A DNA stretch of 63,557 bases, counting the filler, from Bilabrum cf. latius (lineage: Eukaryota): assembly GCA_965178125.1 (NCBI GenBank). It is 3 parts of 3 records of this genome, joined end to end, with 100 filler letters (N's around TTAATTAATTAA, not from the genome) between each part and the next. Parts side by side here need not be neighbours in the genome. Positions count along the whole stretch, not along the records: positions 1 to 26,702 come from CBCXTV010000031.1; 2 more parts are not named here. The stretch is one strand, 5' to 3'. A model generated the notes under the pieces. The model had not been told where the DNA came from. It ran no database searches and worked only from the letters and a program-made list of their open reading frames with translations. The position numbers and the translations under genes were made by a program. Each line of letters opens with the position of its first letter. Position 1 is the stretch's first letter. Shown piece after piece: positions 1 to 9,156 of the stretch.

Positions 1-88
1 GTCTTAGAAGTTTTCCGGTTTTTGGCGCAAACCTTCTGGAGCAGACGACAGCAGCGAAAGACCCACCCAAGCTCCGCGGGAAGTGTGA

Positions 89-307
89 TACCTCTACGGT
101 TCCGGCATCTACTTGGCCGTGCACATATGCAAGGCGATGCACTACACCTGCGCGTCCGGCTGCACCCGCTTGAACGACAGGTTCCTCTCCATGCAAGTGG
201 TTCCGCGACAACAAGGTCGTGGAAGTGACAGACTAGGAGAGTACGCCGGGTTCAGATTCACGCCCATCAGGGACAGGTCCGGGTCCCGCGCTCGCGCTAC
301 CGCGTGA
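89..307 (+). pseudogene. PARP/ADP-ribosyltransferase catalytic-domain fragment
   Basis: The frame reads YLYGSGIYLAVHICKAMHYT, matching the PARP signature (Y/F)GxGIYFA...K(S/A)xxY. An in-frame TGA at 86-88 precedes it, so this is a fragment or a single exon. Confidence 0.45.
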
Positions 308-619
308 GGAGGCTATGCGCACGTATGAGGAGGGGAGAACTTCGTATAATAGTCTCTCGCAGACTCGAACTTTTGGCTCTCACCGAAGGACGGAATGTTA
401 GCCCTCCGCTACTTACGGTGTCTTTAGCTTCCGCCCTACACGTTCCCCGCCCGTGGTCAAGAGGGAGTTTGTCGAGACACGCACCCGCCCGAGAGCTCCG
501 GTCCTCTAAGCGCTCACGATCTCCCGCCCAGCGCGGTGCGAGCCCGCTTCACCGGGACTTGTCGCGTGCCTACGGAGGTGTCTTTTCCGAACCTGCCACT
601 GAAGACGTTAGGGAGCGAC

Positions 620-868
620 GGGAAACGGATGCACAACGGTATGCCACCCATGTCCTCGAGGAATCCACCAAGACGTTGTGGCCCGAGGTAGTGCGATTTT
701 CGGGAGAAGGATTCTTAGTACCTTATAGGGTACCCCCCAGGATCGCACTACGTGGGTTTGGGGGGTTGGTTTCCTTTCCTCTTGTTTTCGTGTGCACTCT
801 TCTGCGACCGCCCCCCCCGGGGAACGGATGCACAACGGTATGCCACCCATGTCCTCGAGAGATCCACC
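620..868 (+). repeat. ~50-bp direct repeat (620-669 and 820-868) bracketing the left origin-like hairpin
   Basis: AACGGATGCACAACGGTATGCCACCCATGTCCTCGAG..ATCCACC occurs on both sides of 688-820. Confidence 0.9.
688..820 (+). promoter_or_regulatory. Putative rolling-circle origin stem-loop, left copy
   Basis: GTAGTGCGAT (688-697) pairs with ATCGCACTAC (742-751). The loop contains TCTTAGTAC (713-721). The segment is a diverged ~130-bp direct repeat of 12133-12260. Confidence 0.6.
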
Positions 869-1072
869 GAGATCCGCACATACCTCTGCGGTGAACAGCA
901 CGTTACATGAGACCCTGACCGACCCGAGAGTCTCTGCCCTCAGTCTCCACGACTTCCCGCAGGATCCGCCCCGCTCCCACCGACGGCTCCTGCCGTACGT
1001 ACGACGCACCATTTTCAAAAGAGCATTGGCACCCGCTCCTCACCTAAGCGACGATACTGTCGCTGCGGTCCC

Positions 1073-2137
1073 TCACGGCACGCTCTCCGGTCCGCCCGGT
1101 GCGAACTCAGAGTCGTCGTCTGTCGAAACGTGGTCGCTGTGGAAGATGTTGCTCTGGCCGTCTGAGGACACGGCATCCTGCCAGTATCGACGCAACTGCT
1201 CCGCCACGTCCATGGCCGCATGGGAGCTCAGCGGGATCTGCTCGAAGAGAGCGTTACTGTCGTGCACTGCAAACAGCCTGGCCGCGACGCGATCTTGATG
1301 GCAAATTTCGAGTGTGGCGCGGATCCGGAAACAGTAGCCGTCCGGAAAGTTGCCCTGCATCAACTGGTCCTCCACCGCACACTGCGTGCACCAAATAGAC
1401 CGCTCGGTACGTCGTATGTAGCCGGGCCACAGGGAATGCAGCAACGAGTACTGAGCCCGACGCAAGCTCTTCGGGTTGAAGCTGTCCGCCTGCTTGACCC
1501 GACTGCAGGCCTGGCACTTGAGGTTGGTGATCACGGCCGACTGCTCCCCAGCCAAATACCAGATCGTACGCGAGCGCAGCCTACGAGGAATCCACTGGCC
1601 CGACTTCCGGGGCACGACCATCGCCAAGAGCTTCGACTGCGGCGCGTCGATCTGCACCCTCGACCCGCAATCGCTGAGCGTAATGGCGTCGTCGAACACC
1701 CACGTGCCGCCCCAAGCATGACGCCTGCGCTGCTGCCGGGAGCTCGGGTTCGGTACCTCGCGAGGCCTGTCGGAAGGGGGGTCCGTCGGCTGCGGTGGTG
1801 TCGGATACCAGGAGAGAGCGGTCCACGGATTGATGCACGTGGACGTTGCCGCCTCGCGCGTCGCCGGAGTGGCTGAGCTGTCTGGTCGACGAAACGGTGG
1901 CGCCCACGCCGTGCAGGCCGCCACCTGCGCGGGCACATCGGGCAAGAATGCGCCTGCAGGTTCACGTGGCCGAGGTCGGGGAAGCTTCGTCGGGGTCAGG
2001 GATCCCATCGAGGAAGCCGCGTTCGCCGCTGGGATGGTCGTGCTCGAGGTTGACGAAGTCGCGTTCGCCCCTGACATGGTCGTGGTCGAGGTCACGGCAT
2101 GGCCGCCGAGGGGTGAGCGCGATCGCGGGGGGTCCAT
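1073..2137 (-). CDS. Hypothetical CxxC...CxxC zinc-finger protein (Stc1-like spacing), 354 aa
   Basis: ATG start, low-complexity N-terminus, then LKCQACSRVKQADSFNPKSL...IWCTQC. It resembles the fingers in 8060-8911 and 27182-27969. Confidence 0.6.
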   Translation of the reverse strand: MDPPRSRSPLGGHAVTSTTTMSGANATSSTSSTTIPAANAASSMGSLTPTKLPRPRPREPAGAFLPDVPAQVAACTAWAPPFRRPDSSATPATREAATSTCINPWTALSWYPTPPQPTDPPSDRPREVPNPSSRQQRRRHAWGGTWVFDDAITLSDCGSRVQIDAPQSKLLAMVVPRKSGQWIPRRLRSRTIWYLAGEQSAVITNLKCQACSRVKQADSFNPKSLRRAQYSLLHSLWPGYIRRTERSIWCTQCAVEDQLMQGNFPDGYCFRIRATLEICHQDRVAARLFAVHDSNALFEQIPLSSHAAMDVAEQLRRYWQDAVSSDGQSNIFHSDHVSTDDDSEFAPGGPESVP

Positions 2138-3729
2138 CCGTTTAGTCTGCGGCCACGAGGCACGCGGCGAGCGTTACCACCGTGGACGCCTCCGTCGACC
2201 CCGTGTCCGGACGCGACTGGGGCCCTGTTGATGAGCGCATCGTGCGGGAGAGGCTGCTGCGGACTGCTGATGAAGCGGAGCTGGTCGACAGACGGAGCAT
2301 CGCTGGAGATGTCCTCCATGTCACACTCAAACAAGCGCCGTAGGGTCGAATGCAAGCGGCGCCTGCCGCTGGTAATGCCTGTCATATCGAAAGCGCCTTG
2401 CCACGAGCCAGACGAGAGCACTCTCTTCGTGCACTCAGCGACAACCCTGAGATGGCAAGAGACATCGACATGACCCGCTTCATGACGCGAGCGCTCCTGC
2501 ATCCACGTCTCCCGAAGGTCGCGCTTAAGAAGCTGAAAGACGAGAACGTCCAACGGCTGAAGCAAGAAGGTGAGTCGACCAGGAATAAACACGAGATCCA
2601 TGCCAAGGCCGTGTGCGAAGTTCACAATCTCAGTGGAAATGTGTTGGGGCGCGCAGTCAAGTATCACTATTGGATAGATCTCATGCTGAATGTCCATCCA
2701 AGAAGCGAAAAGCCGACGCAGAATGTCGAACATGAGGGACTGCGTCACCCACGAGCTCTCTCGGGCCCAGACTTCCATTCCGTCCACCATTTGGTTCGAC
2801 GCCCCACGCATCAAGCGCTTGCTCAGCCGCGTGTGCTTCCCGATGAGTATACGCGGGAGTCGTCGCTGGATTTCCGGGCAGTCGCTAATGAAACCCAGAA
2901 AGGTGTACGATCCTCGATTGCTATTCGAGGCGAGGCGCTCCGTGCGCGAACCAAGCGAAGCGGGCTCCGTTCCTGACCTCGGTGCGATGTACCCGCGCAT
3001 TCCCGGAAAGGCAAAGGGCACGCTGGACTCATCGAAGTTCACAAAGACGAGGCGGCGGTTGCGGGGCACTCGCGCTTCTGCGAATTCAATCCACTGATAG
3101 AAGACACGACACGCGAGTCTGACGTAATCGAGTGTTACCGGGGGCTGCTTCTTCAATCGGCCATGCCGAAGCCGCCAACGACGACGGAAGCGCAGGAGCC
3201 ACTGCCGTCGAGCCGAGTCCTTCCCCGCGCGAACGCCCATCCTCGCAAGCATGGCGAAAACCATGCTCCCAGTTGGAGCACACCCACGCTGCTCGTTCAC
3301 ATGGTCGATCCAAGCAACGACAGAAGCCTCGGCGAGAAAGGTCTCCGCGCGTGCCACGGACTCTCGATGACATGAGCGAAGAGGATTTCGCTGCCACGCC
3401 TCAACTGGGCGCCTCATGGTGAGCGCGACCTCCTCATCGACCTGCCTTTGAAACTCCTCCTGCGAAGCCGTCCGCGTGGAAACCTGTCGACTCTGCAACT
3501 GACGAGAGACATAGGTTCGAAGAGCTGCCTCGCCACCTCCGGGGTGATGACGAATAACCTCAGCGACCTGTGCCTCCATGGCGCGCAACCACGGATGGCG
3601 CAGCCCATTGCGCGCCCGTTGTCTCGCGTCTCTGAGACACTTCAGCTCCTTACTGATCCGTGCGAGCTGATCCGGCACCGAAGCAGAGGACATCATGACG
3701 CGTGAGGAACCGGGCAGAAGATCGCTCAC
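2092..3729 (-). CDS. pogo/Tigger-like (DDE_1 family) transposase, ~535 aa; likely ATG at 3693
   Basis: Catalytic triad motifs VNFDES, VILDCAPQH and FIPGRLTFLLQPLDVLVF. CENP-B/Tc5-type HTH signature WLLRFRRRW. Uninterrupted ORF. Confidence 0.9.
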   Translation of the reverse strand: MSDLLPGSSRVMMSSASVPDQLARISKELKCLRDARQRARNGLRHPWLRAMEAQVAEVIRHHPGGGEAALRTYVSRQLQSRQVSTRTASQEEFQRQVDEEVALTMRRPVEAWQRNPLRSCHRESVARAETFLAEASVVAWIDHVNEQRGCAPTGSMVFAMLARMGVRAGKDSARRQWLLRFRRRWRLRHGRLKKQPPVTLDYVRLACRVFYQWIEFAEARVPRNRRLVFVNFDESSVPFAFPGMRGYIAPRSGTEPASLGSRTERLASNSNRGSYTFLGFISDCPEIQRRLPRILIGKHTRLSKRLMRGASNQMVDGMEVWARESSWVTQSLMFDILRRLFASWMDIQHEIYPIVILDCAPQHISTEIVNFAHGLGMDLVFIPGRLTFLLQPLDVLVFQLLKRDLRETWMQERSRHEAGHVDVSCHLRVVAECTKRVLSSGSWQGAFDMTGITSGRRRLHSTLRRLFECDMEDISSDAPSVDQLRFISSPQQPLPHDALINRAPVASGHGVDGGVHGGNARRVPRGRRLNGWTPRDRAHPSAAMP

Positions 3730-4267
3730 AGCCGAAACGACGCGGACGGACCCGCTGCCAAGCTTCGCACTGCCTGTGGCCTCTGAAGATACCCGGGAGG
3801 GATAGGACGCAGGCGGGGAGCGAGAGCAAGCGAATGCCTTCCTGTCGCTGGAGGAGTGCTCAAAGCTGAAGACGCGCGGGAAGCACGCGCTCTGCTGCGG
3901 TCACACTGGCGCAAGCGAGACAAAACCAGGGAGAGGGATAGACACGTGCACAGCATTGAATACACCGCGCAGCATTGCGAGCGCGGTTTCTCGCCTGCGC
4001 TGAGCTGCCACTCTGCTCTCGTGCGGACGACATTGGCAACGGCAGCGCGTAGCTGCCAACTGGCCGTGCACGGGTACTGTATCGGCCACGGCAGCGCTGA
4101 GCTGCCAATTTCGGGTCGAGGAGCTCTCCTGAGGAAGACGAGGCCGGGAACTTTCGGCGAACACGCACACCCACCACCGCCCGGCACATGCGACGGCAAG
4201 CAATGTAAGGAACGACGTTGCGCGATCGAATCTCGACAGGAGGCTCCGATGCAGGAGCTGCCGAGGA

Positions 4268-4816
4268 CTAGGCACCGCCGGCGCCCGCCGCGCCGCTGGG
4301 GAGGACGACGGTCGGCGGCGGCGAGTCCTCGGAACCCATGTCGTCTGATCCTGAGGAATCCAGCACAGTTGAGGCAGTCTCGGTCATCTCCCAGTCCGTA
4401 CGCACCTCAACGATGAGACGACGCGGAGGAGCAGCGACTGCTGTGTCAGGTCCGTGGATGACGCCTCCGTCCACAAGACGGAAAGACCTACCCGCAACGG
4501 AGCCGCTTGCGCCAGACATCGCACGCCGAATCACGGGATCAAAGTCTGCATGGAACCGAGGAGCCTCATCGCGCAACAGGCCTGAGAGCAGCCTGATCAC
4601 ACTTTGGGCGTACTCCAGCTGAGCGCTCAAGCTTTCCGCACGCTGCTGCATGTTCTCGAAGCGCTGCTGCAGGTTCGACACCGCTGTCGAGTGAGGACTC
4701 GCTGGCGGGGCGGGGTTTGGGCGCTGCGGGGTCGCCACCGCGCGACGCGGCGACCTATCGCGGACAAAGGACGTCACCTCGTTCCGCGTCATGCTGCCGC
4801 ACCTCTCCTTCCTCAC
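4268..4816 (-). CDS. Hypothetical coiled-coil protein, ~175 aa
   Basis: Heptad segment LQQRFENMQQRAESLSAQLEYAQSVIRLL. The ORF stays open in the inverted copy at 61837-62382, which has a one-codon in-frame indel. Confidence 0.5.
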   Translation of the reverse strand: MRKERCGSMTRNEVTSFVRDRSPRRAVATPQRPNPAPPASPHSTAVSNLQQRFENMQQRAESLSAQLEYAQSVIRLLSGLLRDEAPRFHADFDPVIRRAMSGASGSVAGRSFRLVDGGVIHGPDTAVAAPPRRLIVEVRTDWEMTETASTVLDSSGSDDMGSEDSPPPTVVLPSGAAGAGGA

Positions 4817-5695
4817 ATTGACTCGAGCCGAATCGAAACTTGCAGGGACAGACGATCCTTTACCCTAGCGCTCCCCACATCGGGCATGAGTGGAATCCGA
4901 ACCAGCGCACGGCATCCCACAGGAGTTCGCACCGGGCTTGCCTCATGAGGAATCTTCCTGCGCGAAGAGGTAAAGCCACGGACAGAAGTCAGAGGTCGCG
5001 GGATGACACTCCAGCATACATGAGCTGCCCGCTGAATCCGCCGCCCCCGAGCCCCAAGCTGACAATCGAGGTAACAAAGTAGGAATGAGCAGGCGGGGGC
5101 GATGCCACTACGTCTCGCCGAACAGCCTGCCTCGCATGCGCTGTGCTGAAGACCTTATGGGAACCAGGAAGTGTGAACGTCTGTCACGTGAGGCGGAAGG
5201 GCTCCCACTGCATCACACCCCCTCTCTGGAATGGGATTTGGGCGCTGTGGGGTCGCCACCGCGCGACGCGGCGACCTATCGCGGACAAAGGACTTCACCT
5301 CGGTCCGCGTCATGCTGCCGCACCTCGCCGAATCGAAACTTGCAGGGACAGACGATCCTTTACCCAGCGCTCCCCACCCCGGGGATGAGTGGAAGCCGCA
5401 CCAGCGCACGGCATCCCACGCGAGTTCGGACCGGGCTTGCCTCATGAGGAATCTTCCTGCGCGAAGAGGTAAAGCCACGGACAGAAGTCAGAGGGTCGCG
5501 GGATGACACTCTAGGCACACATGAGCTGCCCGCAGAATCCTCCGCCCCAAGCTCCGAGCTCACAATCGAGGTAACAAAGTAGGAATGAGCAGGCGGATGC
5601 TTTGCCACTCCGTCTCGCCAAACAGCCTGCCGGGGAACCAGGAAGTGTGGACGTCTGCCACGTGAGGCGGAAGCGCTCCCACCGCATCACACCCT
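4715..5695. repeat. Imperfect tandem duplication, ~0.5-kb period
   Basis: 4716-5130 is repeated at 5237-5630, and 5160-5222 is repeated at 5633-5695. Confidence 0.9.
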
Positions 5696-5894
5696 TCCCG
5701 GGCAAGATATCTAGAGAGCTGCCCAATCCTGCACGAGAAACTCGGATTTTCACACGCTGCCGACCATATCGTTCCCAATCAAACGACCGTGCTCCTCCGA
5801 CGTCGCGCTCACCTCGGCGCAAGGATGACTCACTCGCGCTCTTCCTTCCGGAGCGCCCTCACAGTACGACGGACCCATTCGGGAAGCTCCCGCG

Positions 5895-7226
5895 TCACGC
5901 TGGCATCGTGAGGAGGAACCTTTCCGCATTCTGGAGAAGCTCCATGGCCCGCTTGATGTCATCCAAGGCCTCGTCACGCGAAGGACTCTGACGCACGGCG
6001 TTGCTGCAGGAGGCGGCGCCTCCTGCAGGAGGCTCGTCGCGTGCGGGAGCACGAGCGTCGTTGTCGCCGTCACCGGTATTCGCGCCAGCTTTTGGCACCC
6101 AACGCTTCGCTTCACCCGCAGAGGAACGGACATCATGGAGACTCCAGCCACGCGCAACCAGGCACTTCGCGCACCAGTCCTCAGGGAAGAAATAGCGCAG
6201 GTTCTCCTTCTTCCGGCGGATCTGGGGAAATCGGTACGCCGGATACTCGTTTTTGCAGTTCTTGCACCACACCCACCACGGCGTCGCGTTGTCGAACTTG
6301 TCGCAACACACCCGGCAAACTGGTTGGATCCAGTCCTTCCACTTCTTGAAGTACGCCGACCGGGGCTTGCAGCACTGGCACGCGTTGCAAGTCCATGTCG
6401 CCTCCTCCGCCGGCTCCGGCGCGACCTGCCGCAGCACGTACGTCTCCCCCCATGACGACTTCGCAGGGGGCTCCCATGGATCCCAGCTATCAGCGCCAGA
6501 GACCGCCCCGGCAGTGTGCGCAAGATTCACACGCTGCGATGACAATGCCTCTGCCACGCCGCCACCCGCCTTCCAAGCGGCTGCGTCGGTCCATACGTCG
6601 TCATTACCTCCGGGCACCACAGCACGTCCACCGCCGCGAGCATCCTCCTCCTCCGTCTTCTTGCCGCCGTCGTCTTCGGCGTCCTCCTTCGGCGCTGCCT
6701 TGCCGCTCTCCTCTCCGAGCATCCCCGTGGACGCCGCCTCCGCGCCGCCGCTCTCGATGTGGGAGCCGCCCGAATCATCGACGCTTGCCGCCGCGCCGGC
6801 GTGCTCCGCCGGGGCGTCGACCTCGCGCGCCAACATGCCGCCCTCGTTTCCCATATCACCGGCGCCTCGACGCCCACGAAGATTGCGGCCGTCTCCCAAG
6901 GAAACAGCAATGCTCTCGGACGGTTTCTCCTCAGACATCATCGGCAAAGAGACTCGGAGAATGCCGTTCCCGCAGAGTGCGCTGCTGACTCCCGAAGCCG
7001 AAAGAGGACCCGCGGAGAAGGAATCTCGCACATGCTCCCAGGAAAAGCAACTCCCCGCCCATTCCGAATGCAAGAACGGACTCCCGCCCTTTCCGAGATC
7101 GAGGGCGCATCGCGGGCGCATTTCCCGACTCGCGATCGGCCTCGGAAACCGACCACGAATCGGTAGGAGACGTGCGCCCGCGTTTGAAGAATACGCGGAG
7201 AAATACGAAGCCAAGGACACGAGCAT
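5895..7226 (-). CDS. Hypothetical protein with two CxxC...CxxC zinc-finger modules
   Basis: WTCNACQCCK...VCRVC and WCKNCK...WCAKC, preceded by an acidic, Gly-rich linker. Open copies occur at ~21290-22545, 55345-56667 and 59467-60759. Confidence 0.65.
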   Translation of the reverse strand: MLVSLASYFSAYSSNAGARLLPIRGRFPRPIASREMRPRCALDLGKGGSPFLHSEWAGSCFSWEHVRDSFSAGPLSASGVSSALCGNGILRVSLPMMSEEKPSESIAVSLGDGRNLRGRRGAGDMGNEGGMLAREVDAPAEHAGAAASVDDSGGSHIESGGAEAASTGMLGEESGKAAPKEDAEDDGGKKTEEEDARGGGRAVVPGGNDDVWTDAAAWKAGGGVAEALSSQRVNLAHTAGAVSGADSWDPWEPPAKSSWGETYVLRQVAPEPAEEATWTCNACQCCKPRSAYFKKWKDWIQPVCRVCCDKFDNATPWWVWCKNCKNEYPAYRFPQIRRKKENLRYFFPEDWCAKCLVARGWSLHDVRSSAGEAKRWVPKAGANTGDGDNDARAPARDEPPAGGAASCSNAVRQSPSRDEALDDIKRAMELLQNAERFLLTMPA

Positions 7227-7727
7227 CTCCCGGGCACCTTTCCCGACTCGCAGCCGGTCTCAGAGACGACCACGAATCGGCACGACAAGTGCGCCCGATT
7301 TCGTCCCCCGAAAAAGGACACAACTAGGACCCCGCGAGATCCGCATCTGCTCCTCACGCGCGGAACGTGTTTCGGTACGCAAAAAGCGGTCACATGGGAG
7401 GCCCGGAAAGCGTCCGGAAAACGGTTCAGAAATACCTTGCGTCACTCCTCCTGCGCGCCAGAAATCACACGACTTTTCGGTGACCGAAACAGGGCCCAAA
7501 AAACCAAAGATTTGCCCCTTCATGCCCGAAGACACAGCGTCACCGCCAAGCTGCCATCGCGGAGAAAATAAACCAGGTGGTGATGGAAAGTTACGTTACG
7601 GTGGAGCTCAGTGTCATTTGTGTGTTCAACAGTGTGTATGATGCCGCTTCGTCTGGATGTCCGAGTCCGGATTTCACCTGGGGTATGGCCTATTGTGTGG
7701 TCACGTTCGCGTAGCTTTCACGTGTCA

Positions 7728-7855
7728 ACAACGCGGAGGCTGCGAAAAGAACCATGCTCACGAACCATGCTCCACCGTAGCTTGATCACAACGCGGAGGC
7801 TGCGAAAAGAACCATGCTCCACCATAGCTTTCCAACAACGCGGAGGCTGCGAACG
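7728..7855. repeat. Three short direct repeats
   Basis: CAACGCGGAGGCTGCGAA(AAGAACCATGCTC) at ~7729, ~7788 and ~7836. Confidence 0.85.
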
Positions 7856-8059
7856 AACCGTGCACCACTGACCACCGTACAGCCCAAAAAGTACAAGTTT
7901 CTTGAACCCCAGGAGCAACATACGCGGGATACTGTCGAGCGCCCGTTCGCTCAGGTCACACGCGACAGCAAGCCGAACGCTCAGGTCGCACGCTCAGGCC
8001 ACACGCGGAAGCAGCGCCACGCAAGAGGCCAGGTTGAGAGGGAAAACCGTCACGCAAGC

Positions 8060-8911
8060 TCAACGCGGAGACCACGAGTCGTCATCGCTCCAAGCCTCGC
8101 GTCCAGACAGACGAACAAGCCCGCGCCATGCCTCATCGTAAAGATCCCTCTCGAAAACCCTGTGCTGCTTCATCGTTCCCAATGTCAGAATTTTCTCCGC
8201 AGTACAACGCTGCCCCTTCCGCTCCCCGGTCTCTACAATGAGATCCAACTGCATGCGAAGTGTTCCCGAGATCTTCTTCTTGTTCGCCGCGTTCATAATC
8301 GACGTCTTTGGCGCCGCGTCGCGCGCCTTCTCGCGACAAGCACGACAAGAAATCGCACCCCTGCCGCACGGAGAATCATCGGCATAAAGCGTGCGCTGCA
8401 CGCGACGTACGAGACGATCACGCATACGATGATTCAGGTCCGCCATGACACGATTGCAGCCGCAGGAAGAGCATACAAACTCCGCGAGGTTGAAAGCCTT
8501 AGAGTCCGACCAAACGACGCACTGTGTGTCCTGGGGTGCCTCACTGCCGAGCGCTGTTATGAGCACCGCCGGATGGGCCGGCGACTTAGGAAGAAGTCGC
8601 GAACCGGGAGGAAACACGCGAGGCCGCTTGAAACCGACATCTCCGGCAAGAGGCGCAAGCATCATCTCCACCTCGCCCTCCGGGGCGTGCTCGGAGGTCG
8701 ACGCGGCAACCACGGCCACATACGGTGCATCGGCGATACCGACGTAGGCCATCAAGCAACGCACCCACCTTCGGCCCGCGAGCGTACACGGCGCGCCTAC
8801 CGGAAGCAGAGGCTTCTGAGACCAAGAAATGTCTCGTCGGCGCGCGACGCGGCGACGTAAAAGCAAACGACCCGCCGGGTCCCAACCGCGGCACTGCGGA
8901 GACACACACAC
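8060..8911 (-). CDS. Conserved element zinc-finger protein (ortholog of 27182-27969); start uncertain
   Basis: VCSSCG...RLVRRVQR...SCRAC...PKTSIM...GTLRMQLDL...DLYDEA aligns by eye with SCEMCG...RVRRRVRR...RCRDC...PKNMVL...GAVKMTLEL...DLWAAA. Confidence 0.7.
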   Translation of the reverse strand: MCVSPQCRGWDPAGRLLLRRRVARRRDISWSQKPLLPVGAPCTLAGRRWVRCLMAYVGIADAPYVAVVAASTSEHAPEGEVEMMLAPLAGDVGFKRPRVFPPGSRLLPKSPAHPAVLITALGSEAPQDTQCVVWSDSKAFNLAEFVCSSCGCNRVMADLNHRMRDRLVRRVQRTLYADDSPCGRGAISCRACREKARDAAPKTSIMNAANKKKISGTLRMQLDLIVETGERKGQRCTAEKILTLGTMKQHRVFERDLYDEAWRGLVRLSGREAWSDDDSWSPR

Positions 8912-9156
8912 ACTTGCAACCCATCAGGCTGGGTGCCACGTGTGTGTGTGTCAGGCAAGCTCCCAATACTAGGCAAGCACTCCCCCGGACGAACGCGACG
9001 GACCACATGAAACTTGCGGAATGCCCCCATGTAGAAACCACATCCTTTTTGCACACGAAACGCATTGAGGACATTAGACCTTCAGGAGCACCGAAGCGGC
9101 TGCCGCTGCGGCTCCGGCGCTCGTGTGAACCGGACTGAAAACCTCAGCGGCCGGCG

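Noticed and set aside
6253-8860. Long plus-strand ORFs (6253-7641, 7814-8860 and similar antisense ORFs elsewhere)
   Set aside because: They are antisense shadows of GC-rich minus-strand genes and show no recognisable motifs.
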